Assembly (NCBI GenBank): GCA_049287205.1
Contig: JBAQFJ010000001.1
Span: 575,041 to 639,040 of the forward strand
Direction of reading: 5' to 3'
DNA from: Microgenomates group bacterium
GTDB taxonomy: Bacteria; Patescibacteriota; Microgenomatia; UBA10105; UBA927
DNA length: 64,000 bases
Shown: one piece after another, positions 50,047 through 59,262 of the stretch
Position numbering within the stretch: position 1 is the first letter of the stretch
How the letters are laid out: each line of letters begins with the position of its first letter
The notes under the pieces: generated by a model
What the model was told of the DNA's origin: nothing
Databases searched by the model: none
Seen by the model: the letters and a program-made list of their open reading frames with translations, nothing else
Program-made: the position numbers and the translations under genes

Positions 50047-50804
50047 TATTGGTTTCGATATATGCCTTTCCAGGCATTTATCCGAATATGCAGTATATCA
50101 AGAAGTCCTTCCCATGAATCTTTTACAGGATTCACCCTGCGTGTTTCCACATAATGCCATTCAACAGGAATTTCCTTAATTTTATATCCGAGGGTTTTTG
50201 CCAAAAACAGTACTTCGATGTCAAACCCCGCGGTTACCATGGCACCGTTCACCGTCTTTTGTTTCCCGTAGAGTGATAAATGTCGAAAAATATCCTGTGC
50301 AACTACCCGTTTGAATGCCTTAAATCCGCATTGTGTGTCAGAAATCCCCCTGAGCCCGAGTATCACAGTCCGAAGCAACATAAATCCCCGCGCCATGACT
50401 CTCCTGAGCATTGGCGCTCCTTCCCGTTTACCCTTCCTGGAACCGATGACGACATCGTAGTTCTTTTCAAACCACGGCAATATTTTCTCAATCTCTTTTA
50501 ATGGTGTTGCCTGATCCAAATCACTAAAAAGTACAATATCTCCTTTTGCTTCCATGATCCCCGTCATCACTGTTGCGGCTTTCCCCTGATGCGGATTCCT
50601 CATAATCCGAACATGAACATTTTTTCCGATAAATTCATCCGTAAGACGAGCTGTGTTATCAGAAGACCCATCATCAACGACAATCACTTCCCATGTATAA
50701 CTTCTCGCCTCGAGATACCGAAGCACTTTATCGAATGCACCAAGACGAATATTTGTTTCTTCGTTATACGCAGGGATGACCACTGATAAAAAAGGTGTTT
50801 CCAT
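50046..50804 (-). CDS. GT2 glycosyltransferase, DPM1/GtrB-like polyprenol-phosphate hexose synthase
   Basis: LSVVIPAYNEETNIRLGAFDKVLRYL...VVDDGSSDNT...FSDLDQATP...QCGFKAF; 252 aa. Confidence 0.8.
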   Translation of the reverse strand: METPFLSVVIPAYNEETNIRLGAFDKVLRYLEARSYTWEVIVVDDGSSDNTARLTDEFIGKNVHVRIMRNPHQGKAATVMTGIMEAKGDIVLFSDLDQATPLKEIEKILPWFEKNYDVVIGSRKGKREGAPMLRRVMARGFMLLRTVILGLRGISDTQCGFKAFKRVVAQDIFRHLSLYGKQKTVNGAMVTAGFDIEVLFLAKTLGYKIKEIPVEWHYVETRRVNPVKDSWEGLLDILHIRINAWKGIYRNQ

Positions 50805-50807
50805 AGG

Positions 50808-52349
50808 CTATTCTTTATAATGAACGAGTTTATATATTTTAACAACTGAGACATCCCAAACACCAGCAATCTCAGCCCTACCAAATCCCGCAACTTCCCA
50901 TAGTGAGTCCCCTAATGGCTGACAAAAAATATCTTCACAAACAATGAGTAACTGCTCTGTCACTGTTTTCCTTTGCGGATCATTGTCTGTGTTTTCAATA
51001 ACAACAGGCTTTTGATTCCATATCTCGAAAAAATACCGGTACGCGTGGTCTGAATTTCCGGTGGTGATGAGAGCAAAGTTAAATGGTTTTCCCTCCGTGT
51101 GACTCACAATTTCCCGTGAGATGTTTTCCACCTGAGACAACTGATTATTCGGCTCATAGATAAACGGCCGACCCTGCCAATTAAACAGGATGAGTGCTGC
51201 AATTGCGATACCGCCGACCATTTTTCCAATTTTTTTTATGTTCAATACATCATGAAGAAGTAGTGCGGTTAAGAAAAATGGCAACGGAAACAGCATACCA
51301 AAGTAATAGTCATAAATATTTTTTTTATACACACCAAAGAAAAACAGAGGCACTACCAACCAGAGAAGCATCAAGACAAATGTATTCATTTCCTTCTTGC
51401 TTCCCGTTTTCCTCGCCCGCACAAATCGAGTCAGTAGCGCAAACAGTCCGCCAAGTGACAGAAGAACTTCTCCCCATATCCACACATCACGGATAGGCCT
51501 CACGACACCTCCGAGCGCTCCCGCTTCAGGAATTCGTAAAAGAAACCTGCCAAACAACCGTACGTATACATCCTGAATATTTGAAACAAAATAGGAAAAA
51601 ACAAATCCTGTATCCTTTCCTTGAAATATGAATTCAAGAATTGCCCGCGAATTCAAAAACCCATGCCGTAGTTCAAATGCTAAAAATGGAGAAAATCCCA
51701 CTACTATACCAAGTATTCCAAATCCGATATCACGCGCTTTGATTTGTTTTATGGAATACGCAACGAGAAGCACTTGCGTCACAATAAGAAATAAATATGT
51801 GTAGTGCAATTGTATGCCAATCCCAGCGCAAAGTCCTACCCAAAATAATAACCTGAAATTGTTTTCCTCTTTGGCTTTCCATAGCATAAAAAGCGACAGG
51901 AGCGCAAAAAACGGAACGATATTAGGATTCCAAGAAGACCTCGAAAAGGATATCACAATGGGTGACACTGTATACAACGCCGCGGCGATAAGGCCGACCG
52001 GTTTTGAAAACCATTTTGATCCGACCAAGTATGTCAGATATACCGTTGCAATTCCAAACAAGGCGACCATTATGGCGGGGCCGACAGGGTTTAACCGAAA
52101 TGCCCACAGAAAAGGTGCCATAAAATAATAGTAGATTGGTCCCATAAAAAACCCACCAACTGATGCGGTAGGGCCAAGGAGGGTAAATTTTCCATCAACG
52201 ATCATTCGTTTTACGACCAGCGCATCACGACCTTCATCGCCAAGAAACGTCATGTACTCATTAATCTTATACAGTCTAAGATATGCGGCAACGCAAAGAA
52301 TAATAAGGAGTGGAAGCCAACGGATAATAAATTTCCAAAACCGTTTCAT
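50808..52349 (-). CDS. ArnT/GT39-like polytopic membrane glycosyltransferase ('DEGRD' family)
   Basis: FLGDEGRDALVVKRMIVDGKFTLLGPTASVGGFFMGPIYYY; 513 aa; paralogue of 25509..26984. Confidence 0.55.
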   Translation of the reverse strand: MKRFWKFIIRWLPLLIILCVAAYLRLYKINEYMTFLGDEGRDALVVKRMIVDGKFTLLGPTASVGGFFMGPIYYYFMAPFLWAFRLNPVGPAIMVALFGIATVYLTYLVGSKWFSKPVGLIAAALYTVSPIVISFSRSSWNPNIVPFFALLSLFMLWKAKEENNFRLLFWVGLCAGIGIQLHYTYLFLIVTQVLLVAYSIKQIKARDIGFGILGIVVGFSPFLAFELRHGFLNSRAILEFIFQGKDTGFVFSYFVSNIQDVYVRLFGRFLLRIPEAGALGGVVRPIRDVWIWGEVLLSLGGLFALLTRFVRARKTGSKKEMNTFVLMLLWLVVPLFFFGVYKKNIYDYYFGMLFPLPFFLTALLLHDVLNIKKIGKMVGGIAIAALILFNWQGRPFIYEPNNQLSQVENISREIVSHTEGKPFNFALITTGNSDHAYRYFFEIWNQKPVVIENTDNDPQRKTVTEQLLIVCEDIFCQPLGDSLWEVAGFGRAEIAGVWDVSVVKIYKLVHYKE

Positions 52350-52355
52350 AAATAA

Positions 52356-53528
52356 TTAGGTTCGCTTTTTCCAAATCACGCGAGAATACATAAAATAATT
52401 CCAAACAAGAAGCAATGAGGTACCTATCAAAAAATAAACAAAATAATACGTTTCTCCGAAAAGACGTGTTGCAAGTTCAATTGTCCCTGTTTGGATAACA
52501 ATAACACCAAACAACGATGTTCCGTAAAATTGGATAAGTTTCCCTAAATATTTCCCAACGGAATCAATCTTCTGATCCTTAAATGTCCAAATGTTATTAA
52601 AATTAAAATTAGAAAATATGGCAACGGCTGCACCGATAAGGTTTGCGATCGAGGCGGATAATCCGACAAGTTCCCGAAAAACAATAAGCAGCACCGCATT
52701 CAAGACAAATCCAATTCCTCCTACGACAAGGAATTTCCCAAACGATCCGTATCTGAGTTCGTGAATGAGTGAACCTGCAACATAGAGAAGTACATTTTTA
52801 ATATATTCCCCCGGCGCTATTTTTGAATGACCATACAGTCTGTCTGTAAAATGAATCGGCACTTCCACAATCTTCGCCCCGCTCGAAATAGCCTTATGTA
52901 AAAATGCTATCTGAAACACATACCCGCTGTACTCCTTCATCTCACCGGCAAACAGTTCATAATATTTTTTCTTATACGCGCGATACCCGCCTGTCCAATC
53001 ATGTGTTTTGGGAAAACGCAAGCCATAACGAACGATGGCATTACCCAATACACTAAAAATTTTCCGATGCAATCCCCAATTGTCAGGAATTGATCCACCT
53101 TTGATATATCTGCTTCCCACGACAAAATCCGCTCCGTCATCAATTGCCGCCATAAACAGTGGAACACGTGTCGGATCATGAGACAAATCACAGTCCATTT
53201 GGATAACAATTTCAGCTTTCAATTCTTCGACTGCATACGTCATCCCGCGAAGAAGCGCCCTTCCTAGTCCTTCTTTTTTTCCTGTGATGATATACGTGTC
53301 TTTGTGTGTTTTTATATATTCATTCACCACTGCTCCTGTACCGTCAGGTGACGAATCATCTACGATGACATAGGTGATTGCGTGATTTTTAATCTTTTTT
53401 GCTTCAACATGTAACGCATCAAGGAGCGTCACAATATTTTCGCGCTCGTTATACGTTGGGAGAATGATGACCGTTTTCATAGAAAACACCTTTTGGTCTA
53501 CCTCGACTATCAGACCCGTTCTCGCCAA
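52356..53528 (-). CDS. GT2 polyprenol-phosphate sugar synthase fused to C-terminal GtrA-like membrane domain
   Basis: N-terminal VIILPTYNERENIVTLLDAL...VDDSSPDGT...QMDCDLSHDP (DPM1-like). C-terminal 120 aa has four helices with FLVVGGIGFVLNAVLLIVF...NFNFNNIWTFKD (GtrA-family pattern). The likely start is ATG at 53480. Confidence 0.75.
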   Translation of the reverse strand: MARTGLIVEVDQKVFSMKTVIILPTYNERENIVTLLDALHVEAKKIKNHAITYVIVDDSSPDGTGAVVNEYIKTHKDTYIITGKKEGLGRALLRGMTYAVEELKAEIVIQMDCDLSHDPTRVPLFMAAIDDGADFVVGSRYIKGGSIPDNWGLHRKIFSVLGNAIVRYGLRFPKTHDWTGGYRAYKKKYYELFAGEMKEYSGYVFQIAFLHKAISSGAKIVEVPIHFTDRLYGHSKIAPGEYIKNVLLYVAGSLIHELRYGSFGKFLVVGGIGFVLNAVLLIVFRELVGLSASIANLIGAAVAIFSNFNFNNIWTFKDQKIDSVGKYLGKLIQFYGTSLFGVIVIQTGTIELATRLFGETYYFVYFLIGTSLLLVWNYFMYSRVIWKKRT

Positions 53529-54469
53529 TAGTTGAGAAGGTCTTCCATTGTTTTTTCAAATGGAATTTCCGGTTTCCATCCGGTTTTTGCCACAAATTTG
53601 CTGTTGTCACCAATAAGGACGGGAACTTCTGATGGACGCATGCGAGCCGGATCCTGTTTCACTTCCACTTTCACTTTGCTCATGCCAATAAGCATCTGCA
53701 GCATATCTCCGATTACGATCGCATTACCTGTACACACATTGTATACATCGCCCGCTTCACATTTTTCAACAGTAAGCAAATATGCTTTGACCATATCACG
53801 GACATCTGTCCAATCCCGTTTTGCTTCCAGATTTCCGACATGAATCACCGGTTCCAGTTTGCCTTTTTCTATCATTGCAATTTGTTTTGCAAAATTTGAT
53901 GTCACAAATGTTTCACCGCGCCTTGGGCCCGTGTGATTGAATCCTCGAGTTCTGATAATGTTCATACCATACGAACAGAAATACTGATATCCAAGATAAT
54001 CCATCGCCACTTTTGAAACACCATATGGGCTTTGCGGACGGAGCGGATTTGTTTCTTTAATTGGCACTTCATCAGGATGCACTAATCCGTATTCTTCCGA
54101 AGAACATGCAATTTGGATTGCAGGATTTATTTTTGCTTGACGGACAGCTTCAAAAAGATTTGCTGATCCGATAATATTCACTTCTAACGTCACCGATGGT
54201 GAAACCCAAGATGTTGGAACAAATGATTGTGCAGCAAGATGAAAAATATAATCCGGTTGAATTCTGGAGATCGTTCCATACAAACTATGTGAATCTAAAA
54301 TATCTGCATCTTCCAAATGTAATTTGGGTTTAATTCCTTCAATAAGATCCATGCGTGATCTCGGTCTAATCAACCCATACACCTCATATCCTTTGGAAAG
54401 CAGGAGTTCTGCCATGTGACTTCCTACGAAACCGCCAATTCCTGTTATAAGTGCTTTTTTTGCTGCCAT
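53510..54469 (-). CDS. NAD-dependent SDR epimerase/dehydratase, GDP-mannose 4,6-dehydratase/GDP-6-deoxy-mannose reductase (Gmd/Rmd)-like
   Basis: KALITGIGGFVGSH Rossmann motif, AAQSFVPTSW, YGVSKVAMDYL (YxxxK), RDWTDVRDMVKAY. GGAGG RBS 9 nt upstream. The specific substrate was not determined. Confidence 0.6.
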   Translation of the reverse strand: MAAKKALITGIGGFVGSHMAELLLSKGYEVYGLIRPRSRMDLIEGIKPKLHLEDADILDSHSLYGTISRIQPDYIFHLAAQSFVPTSWVSPSVTLEVNIIGSANLFEAVRQAKINPAIQIACSSEEYGLVHPDEVPIKETNPLRPQSPYGVSKVAMDYLGYQYFCSYGMNIIRTRGFNHTGPRRGETFVTSNFAKQIAMIEKGKLEPVIHVGNLEAKRDWTDVRDMVKAYLLTVEKCEAGDVYNVCTGNAIVIGDMLQMLIGMSKVKVEVKQDPARMRPSEVPVLIGDNSKFVAKTGWKPEIPFEKTMEDLLNYWRERV

Positions 54470-54478
54470 ACAAATTTT

Positions 54479-54535
54479 CCTCCTTAAGTACTTGAATTTA
54501 GGTATATTATACCGTAAACATTTATAAAACGATAT
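54479..54535 (-). promoter_or_regulatory. RBS (GGAGG at 54479..54483, minus strand) plus candidate sigma70-like -10 (TATAAT, about 54503..54508 minus strand) in the 65-nt ugd-SDR spacer
   Basis: Minus-strand reading: ...TTTACGGTATAATATACC...CTTAAGGAGGAAAATTTGT-ATG. It is one of only a few spacers over 40 nt in the array. Confidence 0.4.
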
Positions 54536-55833
54536 TACATTCTTCCGACACCGAAATATCGATATCCAAGATCTTTCATTTTTTGCGGATCATACATATT
54601 TCTTCCGTCAAATAACACGCGTTCTTTTAACGAACCCGCTAGTCGAACCATATCAAGTTGTTTAAATTCATTCCATTCCGTCACAACAACGACCGCATCA
54701 ACGCCATCCGCTGCCTCATATGCTGAATTTGTATAGATAACGCCCTCGGGCAATACTTTTTTCGCATTTTCCATCGCGACAGGATCATAAACTCTCACCA
54801 CTGCACCGCCTTTTACCAAAGCAGAAATTATCGTAATTGATGGAGCAAACCGCATATCATCCGTATCCGGCTTGAACGATAATCCTAATACACCGATTGT
54901 TTTCCCTTTCAGAACACCCGCGAAATGGTTTTCAATCTTACGAATAAAGTGTAATCTGGCTTCATCATTAATTTCATCCGTCGCCTTAAGAAGCGTAAAA
55001 TCATAATCATAATCCCGTGCAATGGCAATTAATGCTTTGACGTCTTTTGGGAAACAACTCCCGCCATACCCAACGCCAGGATATAAGAAACTTCTCCCAA
55101 TTCGCGCGTCAAGACCAACGCCTTCCAAGACTTTCTCAACGTCTGCTCCAACTTTTTCTGACAAGAAGGCAAGTGCGTTGGCGAAAGAAATTTTTACTGA
55201 AAGCATAGAATTGGCCGCATATTTGATGAGCTCTGCCGTTTCAACATTGCACAAAACCAATTTCGTATCAATCGTTTTATGAAGATCGACAAGTAATTTT
55301 TGTGCCCTGTCAGATGTCGTACCGATCACAACACGTTGCGGATGCTGTGTGTCACCCACTGCCTGCCCCTGACGCAAAAACTCAGGACATGAAGCAATGG
55401 CAAATGAAGAACCTGCAGGCTTTACTTCATCCAGAATCTCACCGACTTTTTTATTTGTTCCCGGCGGCACTGTGCTTTTTACGGAAACAACTTTGTATCC
55501 CACTAAATTTTTTCCGATTTCCCGTGCTGCATTAAAGACTTCCGTAAGATCTGCATCTCCTGTTGGTTTTGGCGGGGTTCCGACAGCGATAAAAATAATT
55601 TCGGAAGGAACGACAGCAGCTTTATAATCAAGAGTAAAAATAAGCCTGCCGGCATCAACGTTTCTCTTCACAATTTCTGAAAGACCCGGTTCATAAAATG
55701 TTGCAATTCCTTTTTTCAGTTTTTCAATTTTTTCCTGATTTCTTCCAACTACCCAAACGGTATTCCCAAGGTCAGCAAATATCGCTGCCGTTACTAATCC
55801 CACATATCCATGACCAATAAATGATATTGTCAT
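54535..55833 (-). CDS. ugd: UDP-glucose 6-dehydrogenase (UDP-glucose/GDP-mannose dehydrogenase family)
   Basis: MTISFIGHGYVGLVTAAIFADLGN (NAD-binding), GGSCFPKDV catalytic-Cys motif, 432 aa. GGAGG RBS at 55843..55847 with a 9-nt spacer. Confidence 0.85.
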   Translation of the reverse strand: MTISFIGHGYVGLVTAAIFADLGNTVWVVGRNQEKIEKLKKGIATFYEPGLSEIVKRNVDAGRLIFTLDYKAAVVPSEIIFIAVGTPPKPTGDADLTEVFNAAREIGKNLVGYKVVSVKSTVPPGTNKKVGEILDEVKPAGSSFAIASCPEFLRQGQAVGDTQHPQRVVIGTTSDRAQKLLVDLHKTIDTKLVLCNVETAELIKYAANSMLSVKISFANALAFLSEKVGADVEKVLEGVGLDARIGRSFLYPGVGYGGSCFPKDVKALIAIARDYDYDFTLLKATDEINDEARLHFIRKIENHFAGVLKGKTIGVLGLSFKPDTDDMRFAPSITIISALVKGGAVVRVYDPVAMENAKKVLPEGVIYTNSAYEAADGVDAVVVVTEWNEFKQLDMVRLAGSLKERVLFDGRNMYDPQKMKDLGYRYFGVGRM

Positions 55834-55855
55834 ACACTAAATCCTCCTAAAAAAT

Positions 55856-56740
55856 TTATACTGCTTCTTGTTTTTTTACCTCTTCAAGACCCGATTCAAC
55901 GGTATGAAGACGCACACCCAAGGCATCAATTCTATCATGTCTCAGTGCGGCTTTTTGTGGAATTGCCGCCCGGCCTTTAAAAAATTCCGCGTAGGTCGTT
56001 TTCCCAACTAACTTCTCATCAAGACCGAAAACTCTTGCAATAAGCAGCATCATGTCATACGTCACAATTGATTTTTCGCTCGGTACATGGAAGATACCAC
56101 TGGCGTTGTGTTTCACTATGGCGTCAATGGCGACTGCAAGATCATCAATAAATGTACACGTAAAAATCTGGTCAATCGGTGAAGAAATAGGCAAATGTTC
56201 TGCCAGACGGTTTCGAATTCGGTGCACAACATCTAATTTTGTTTTTGGCGTCACTACCTTTGGATTTGCTCTGTATGGATTTCCGATTCGTACAATAACA
56301 CCATTGTCTCCTAATTCCTTAACAGCAACTTCCCCAAAAAATTTTGTTTCTGTATAAAAACTTAACGGATTTGGTATATCGTTTTCATTGTATTCATCTT
56401 TTGTTCCATCAAATACGTAATCGGTTGAAATATAGAGCATTCGTTTCCCGTATTTTTTACACAATGACACAATATGTTTTGTAGCATCAACATTTACTTT
56501 CCATGCCATACTTTGTTCCCGCAGTTCTTTTTCTTTTTCAGCACCCTGTACATCTGTATATGCGGCAAAATGAAACACCCAAGGGGCATCGGATGCGGCA
56601 AATCGTTTTTCTAAGGCGACAGCATCCGTGATATCAATCCCGGTTTCTAAACTTAAGTTTTCAAATGAGTATTCCGGAGATAGTAATTCAACAACTCTCG
56701 ACCCAACCATGCCAGTTAGTCCGGTTCCTAAAATATTCAT
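55856..56740 (-). CDS. rmlD: dTDP-4-dehydrorhamnose reductase
   Basis: MNILGTGLTGMVGSRVVELL Rossmann start; 294 aa SDR immediately downstream of rmlB with a 4-nt overlap. The call rests on context plus the RmlD-like length and motifs. Confidence 0.7.
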   Translation of the reverse strand: MNILGTGLTGMVGSRVVELLSPEYSFENLSLETGIDITDAVALEKRFAASDAPWVFHFAAYTDVQGAEKEKELREQSMAWKVNVDATKHIVSLCKKYGKRMLYISTDYVFDGTKDEYNENDIPNPLSFYTETKFFGEVAVKELGDNGVIVRIGNPYRANPKVVTPKTKLDVVHRIRNRLAEHLPISSPIDQIFTCTFIDDLAVAIDAIVKHNASGIFHVPSEKSIVTYDMMLLIARVFGLDEKLVGKTTYAEFFKGRAAIPQKAALRHDRIDALGVRLHTVESGLEEVKKQEAV

Positions 56741-57756
56741 TTCTGTTTTCCTCCGTATTGTTTCTTATAATACGATTGATATGCGCCGGTTTTAATATCC
56801 TGCCACCACTTTTTATTTTCCTGATACCACACGACTGTTTTTTCAAGCCAATTATCAAATCCATACTGTGGTTTCCACCCGAGCTCAGTAGTAATTTTTG
56901 TTGAGTCAATCGCATATCGCCTGTCATGACCGAGCCTGTCTTTGACAAATTCGATGAGTGTTTCATCCCGTCCCATGATGGTAAGTATTTTTTTCACCAC
57001 ATCAAAATTTGAGATATCTTCAGCAACGCCTCCCACACAATACGTTTCACCGATACGCCCCTTGGTAAGAACCAGATCAATAGCCCTACAATGATCTTCA
57101 ACATAGAGCCAATCTCTGACATTTAATCCGTCTCCATACACAGGAACTTTTTTTCCTTCAAGAATATTGGTGATTGTAAGCGGAATAAATTTTTCCGGGA
57201 ATTGAAACGGTCCATAATTATTTGAACAATTCGTTATCGTAATCGGCAAGCCGTAGGTATCGTGATACGCTCTGACGATATGATCTGACCCCGCTTTGCT
57301 TGCAGAATACGGACTATGCGGATTATATGTCGTCTTCTCATCAAACTTTGTACCACTTCCAAGCTCCAGTGATCCGAATACCTCATCGGTCGATACATGA
57401 TGAAACCGTTTAACAGACAGCTGTACAGCTGCTTCAAGAAGCACCTGTGTACCTAACACGTTTGTCTTTATAAAAGGGGAGGCATCAAGAATGGAACGGT
57501 CAACGTGGCTTTCTGCAGCAAAATGTACCGCTGTATCACAACCCGTCATGGCTTTTTGTACTTCTGTTTGATTACAAATATCGCCTTTCACAAAATGATA
57601 GTTCGGATTTGTTTCGACGCTTTTCAGATTTTCCAGATTTCCTGCATAGGTCAAGGCGTCAAAATTAACAACACTATCTTCCGGATGCTCACGCATCCAA
57701 TACAAAATAAAGTTAGAACCGATAAATCCTGCACCGCCTGTTACAAATAGTTTCAT
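56737..57756 (-). CDS. rmlB: dTDP-glucose 4,6-dehydratase
   Basis: MKLFVTGGAGFIGSNFILYWMREHPEDSVVNFDALTYAGNLENL, YSASKAGSDHIVRAY (YxxxK), 339 aa. This is the classic RfbB signature. Confidence 0.9.
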   Translation of the reverse strand: MKLFVTGGAGFIGSNFILYWMREHPEDSVVNFDALTYAGNLENLKSVETNPNYHFVKGDICNQTEVQKAMTGCDTAVHFAAESHVDRSILDASPFIKTNVLGTQVLLEAAVQLSVKRFHHVSTDEVFGSLELGSGTKFDEKTTYNPHSPYSASKAGSDHIVRAYHDTYGLPITITNCSNNYGPFQFPEKFIPLTITNILEGKKVPVYGDGLNVRDWLYVEDHCRAIDLVLTKGRIGETYCVGGVAEDISNFDVVKKILTIMGRDETLIEFVKDRLGHDRRYAIDSTKITTELGWKPQYGFDNWLEKTVVWYQENKKWWQDIKTGAYQSYYKKQYGGKQK

Positions 57757-57762
57757 ATGTTT

Positions 57763-58236
57763 TTAGGTAATTTTGGTATTGGTAATTGGTTTTCCCTGCA
57801 CCCAGTCATACCCGATATTTGAATCATCGTACTGAATTCTGCCTTCTTCTTTTGGATCATATGTTTTACTGGTTGCATATACAAAATCACACGGGCCTTC
57901 CAAAACCTTCATGCCGTGTGCGACACCTGCAGGAATTTTGAGTACAATATTATCCGGCTCCTCACCTAACACAAATTCCATTGTTTCCCCTTTTGTTGGA
58001 GACCCCTCACGAGTGTCATAGAGTGCTGCTTTAATTTTTCCTTTTACGCAGAACCACCAGTCAATCTGTGTCGTATGCAGATGCCATGCTTTGACAACTC
58101 CTTCCACCATGAATGAATGAGAAAGTTGTCCAAACCCTTCAGCAAAAAATTCATCCGTATTTCTGATAATTTCTTCAAAATATCCCCGTTCGTCGGGATG
58201 CCTCACCAATTTTTTTATCATCACGCCGTCAATCAT
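57763..58236 (-). CDS. rmlC: dTDP-4-dehydrorhamnose 3,5-epimerase-like cupin (RmlC-like; could alternatively be a FdtA-type 3,4-ketoisomerase)
   Basis: 157-aa cupin with HPDERGYFEEI and KAWHLHTTQ (cf. RGLHFQ) motifs, between rmlA and rmlB. It is shorter than the canonical RmlC. Confidence 0.55.
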   Translation of the reverse strand: MIDGVMIKKLVRHPDERGYFEEIIRNTDEFFAEGFGQLSHSFMVEGVVKAWHLHTTQIDWWFCVKGKIKAALYDTREGSPTKGETMEFVLGEEPDNIVLKIPAGVAHGMKVLEGPCDFVYATSKTYDPKEEGRIQYDDSNIGYDWVQGKPITNTKIT

Positions 58237-58970
58237 AGTGATCCTTTCTTCATTTTTTCAGCAACCTGATTATTTGCACGCAATAGTTCATCATAGGACG
58301 TTCCTGCATCCACCCACCAATCAATGATTTCGCACGTCAAATTTCCATCACGAAGGTACATATTATTCAAATCCGTGACTTCGAGTTCACCTCTTTTGGA
58401 AGGTGACAATTTTTTAATGTACTCAAATACTTTTTTGTCATATATATAAATTCCTGTCTGTGCGATATCTGATTTTGGATTTTCCGGTTTTTCTTCGATA
58501 GACAATACTTTTCCGGTAGCATCCACTTCAATAACACCGTAGTGTTTTGCATCCATATGCATATGAATACCGAACACTTTTGCGCCTACCCCCTGTTTTT
58601 CAAAAGATTCAACTGCCGGCCGCAAATCATGATCAAAAATATTATCTCCAAGGATAACCATCAATGGTTCATCATGAGTAAACTCTTCAGCGAGTGCAAT
58701 GGCGTCGGCAATTCCGCCTTTCGGATTATTTTGTACACCGTAATACAAACGCATACCAAATTCTTCACCGGAGGTTAACAGATTGGCAAACTGCGCAATC
58801 GATTCTCCACCCGTTGTCAACAATACCTCTTTCACGCCAGCGCGCTGCATCGCCTCAATAGGGTAATAAATCATCGGTTTGTTATACACTGGCAACAGAT
58901 GCTTGTTTGTCACAAGCGTCAACGGACGAAGTCGTGTTGCTAAACCTCCCGCAAGTATTAAGCCCTGCAT
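58233..58970 (-). CDS. rmlA: glucose-1-phosphate thymidylyltransferase (short form)
   Basis: MQGLILAGGLATRLRPLTLVTNKHLLPVYNKPMIYYPIE N-terminal signature; 245 aa; AAGGAG RBS at 58976..58981 (minus strand). Confidence 0.85.
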   Translation of the reverse strand: MQGLILAGGLATRLRPLTLVTNKHLLPVYNKPMIYYPIEAMQRAGVKEVLLTTGGESIAQFANLLTSGEEFGMRLYYGVQNNPKGGIADAIALAEEFTHDEPLMVILGDNIFDHDLRPAVESFEKQGVGAKVFGIHMHMDAKHYGVIEVDATGKVLSIEEKPENPKSDIAQTGIYIYDKKVFEYIKKLSPSKRGELEVTDLNNMYLRDGNLTCEIIDWWVDAGTSYDELLRANNQVAEKMKKGSL

Positions 58971-59013
58971 ATGTACTACTCCTTTCCCTGTAATAAGGAA
59001 ACTATTATTTTTG

Positions 59014-59262
59014 TTATGTCCACAGTATTGTTAAAAGCAATACAACTGCAACTGCACCAACAAGACAATATTCTATCACAACTTTTGGATGAAGATCTTC
59101 TTCAAGGCTGTGATAGATAATTCCCCAAATGACATAAGAGATTGCTGTGGCAACCCCGATGTACATTTGCATCACCTTATCGTTTGCAGCTCCCCAAAAC
59201 GTCCAAACACCCGTTACCAGGATAATCAGAAGTACCAGATAATTCACATGCGTTAATTTCAT
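59014..59262 (-). CDS. small two-helix membrane protein (hypothetical)
   Basis: 82 aa with two hydrophobic segments; 4-nt overlap with the upstream CAP-domain gene. Confidence 0.45.
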   Translation of the reverse strand: MKLTHVNYLVLLIILVTGVWTFWGAANDKVMQMYIGVATAISYVIWGIIYHSLEEDLHPKVVIEYCLVGAVAVVLLLTILWT

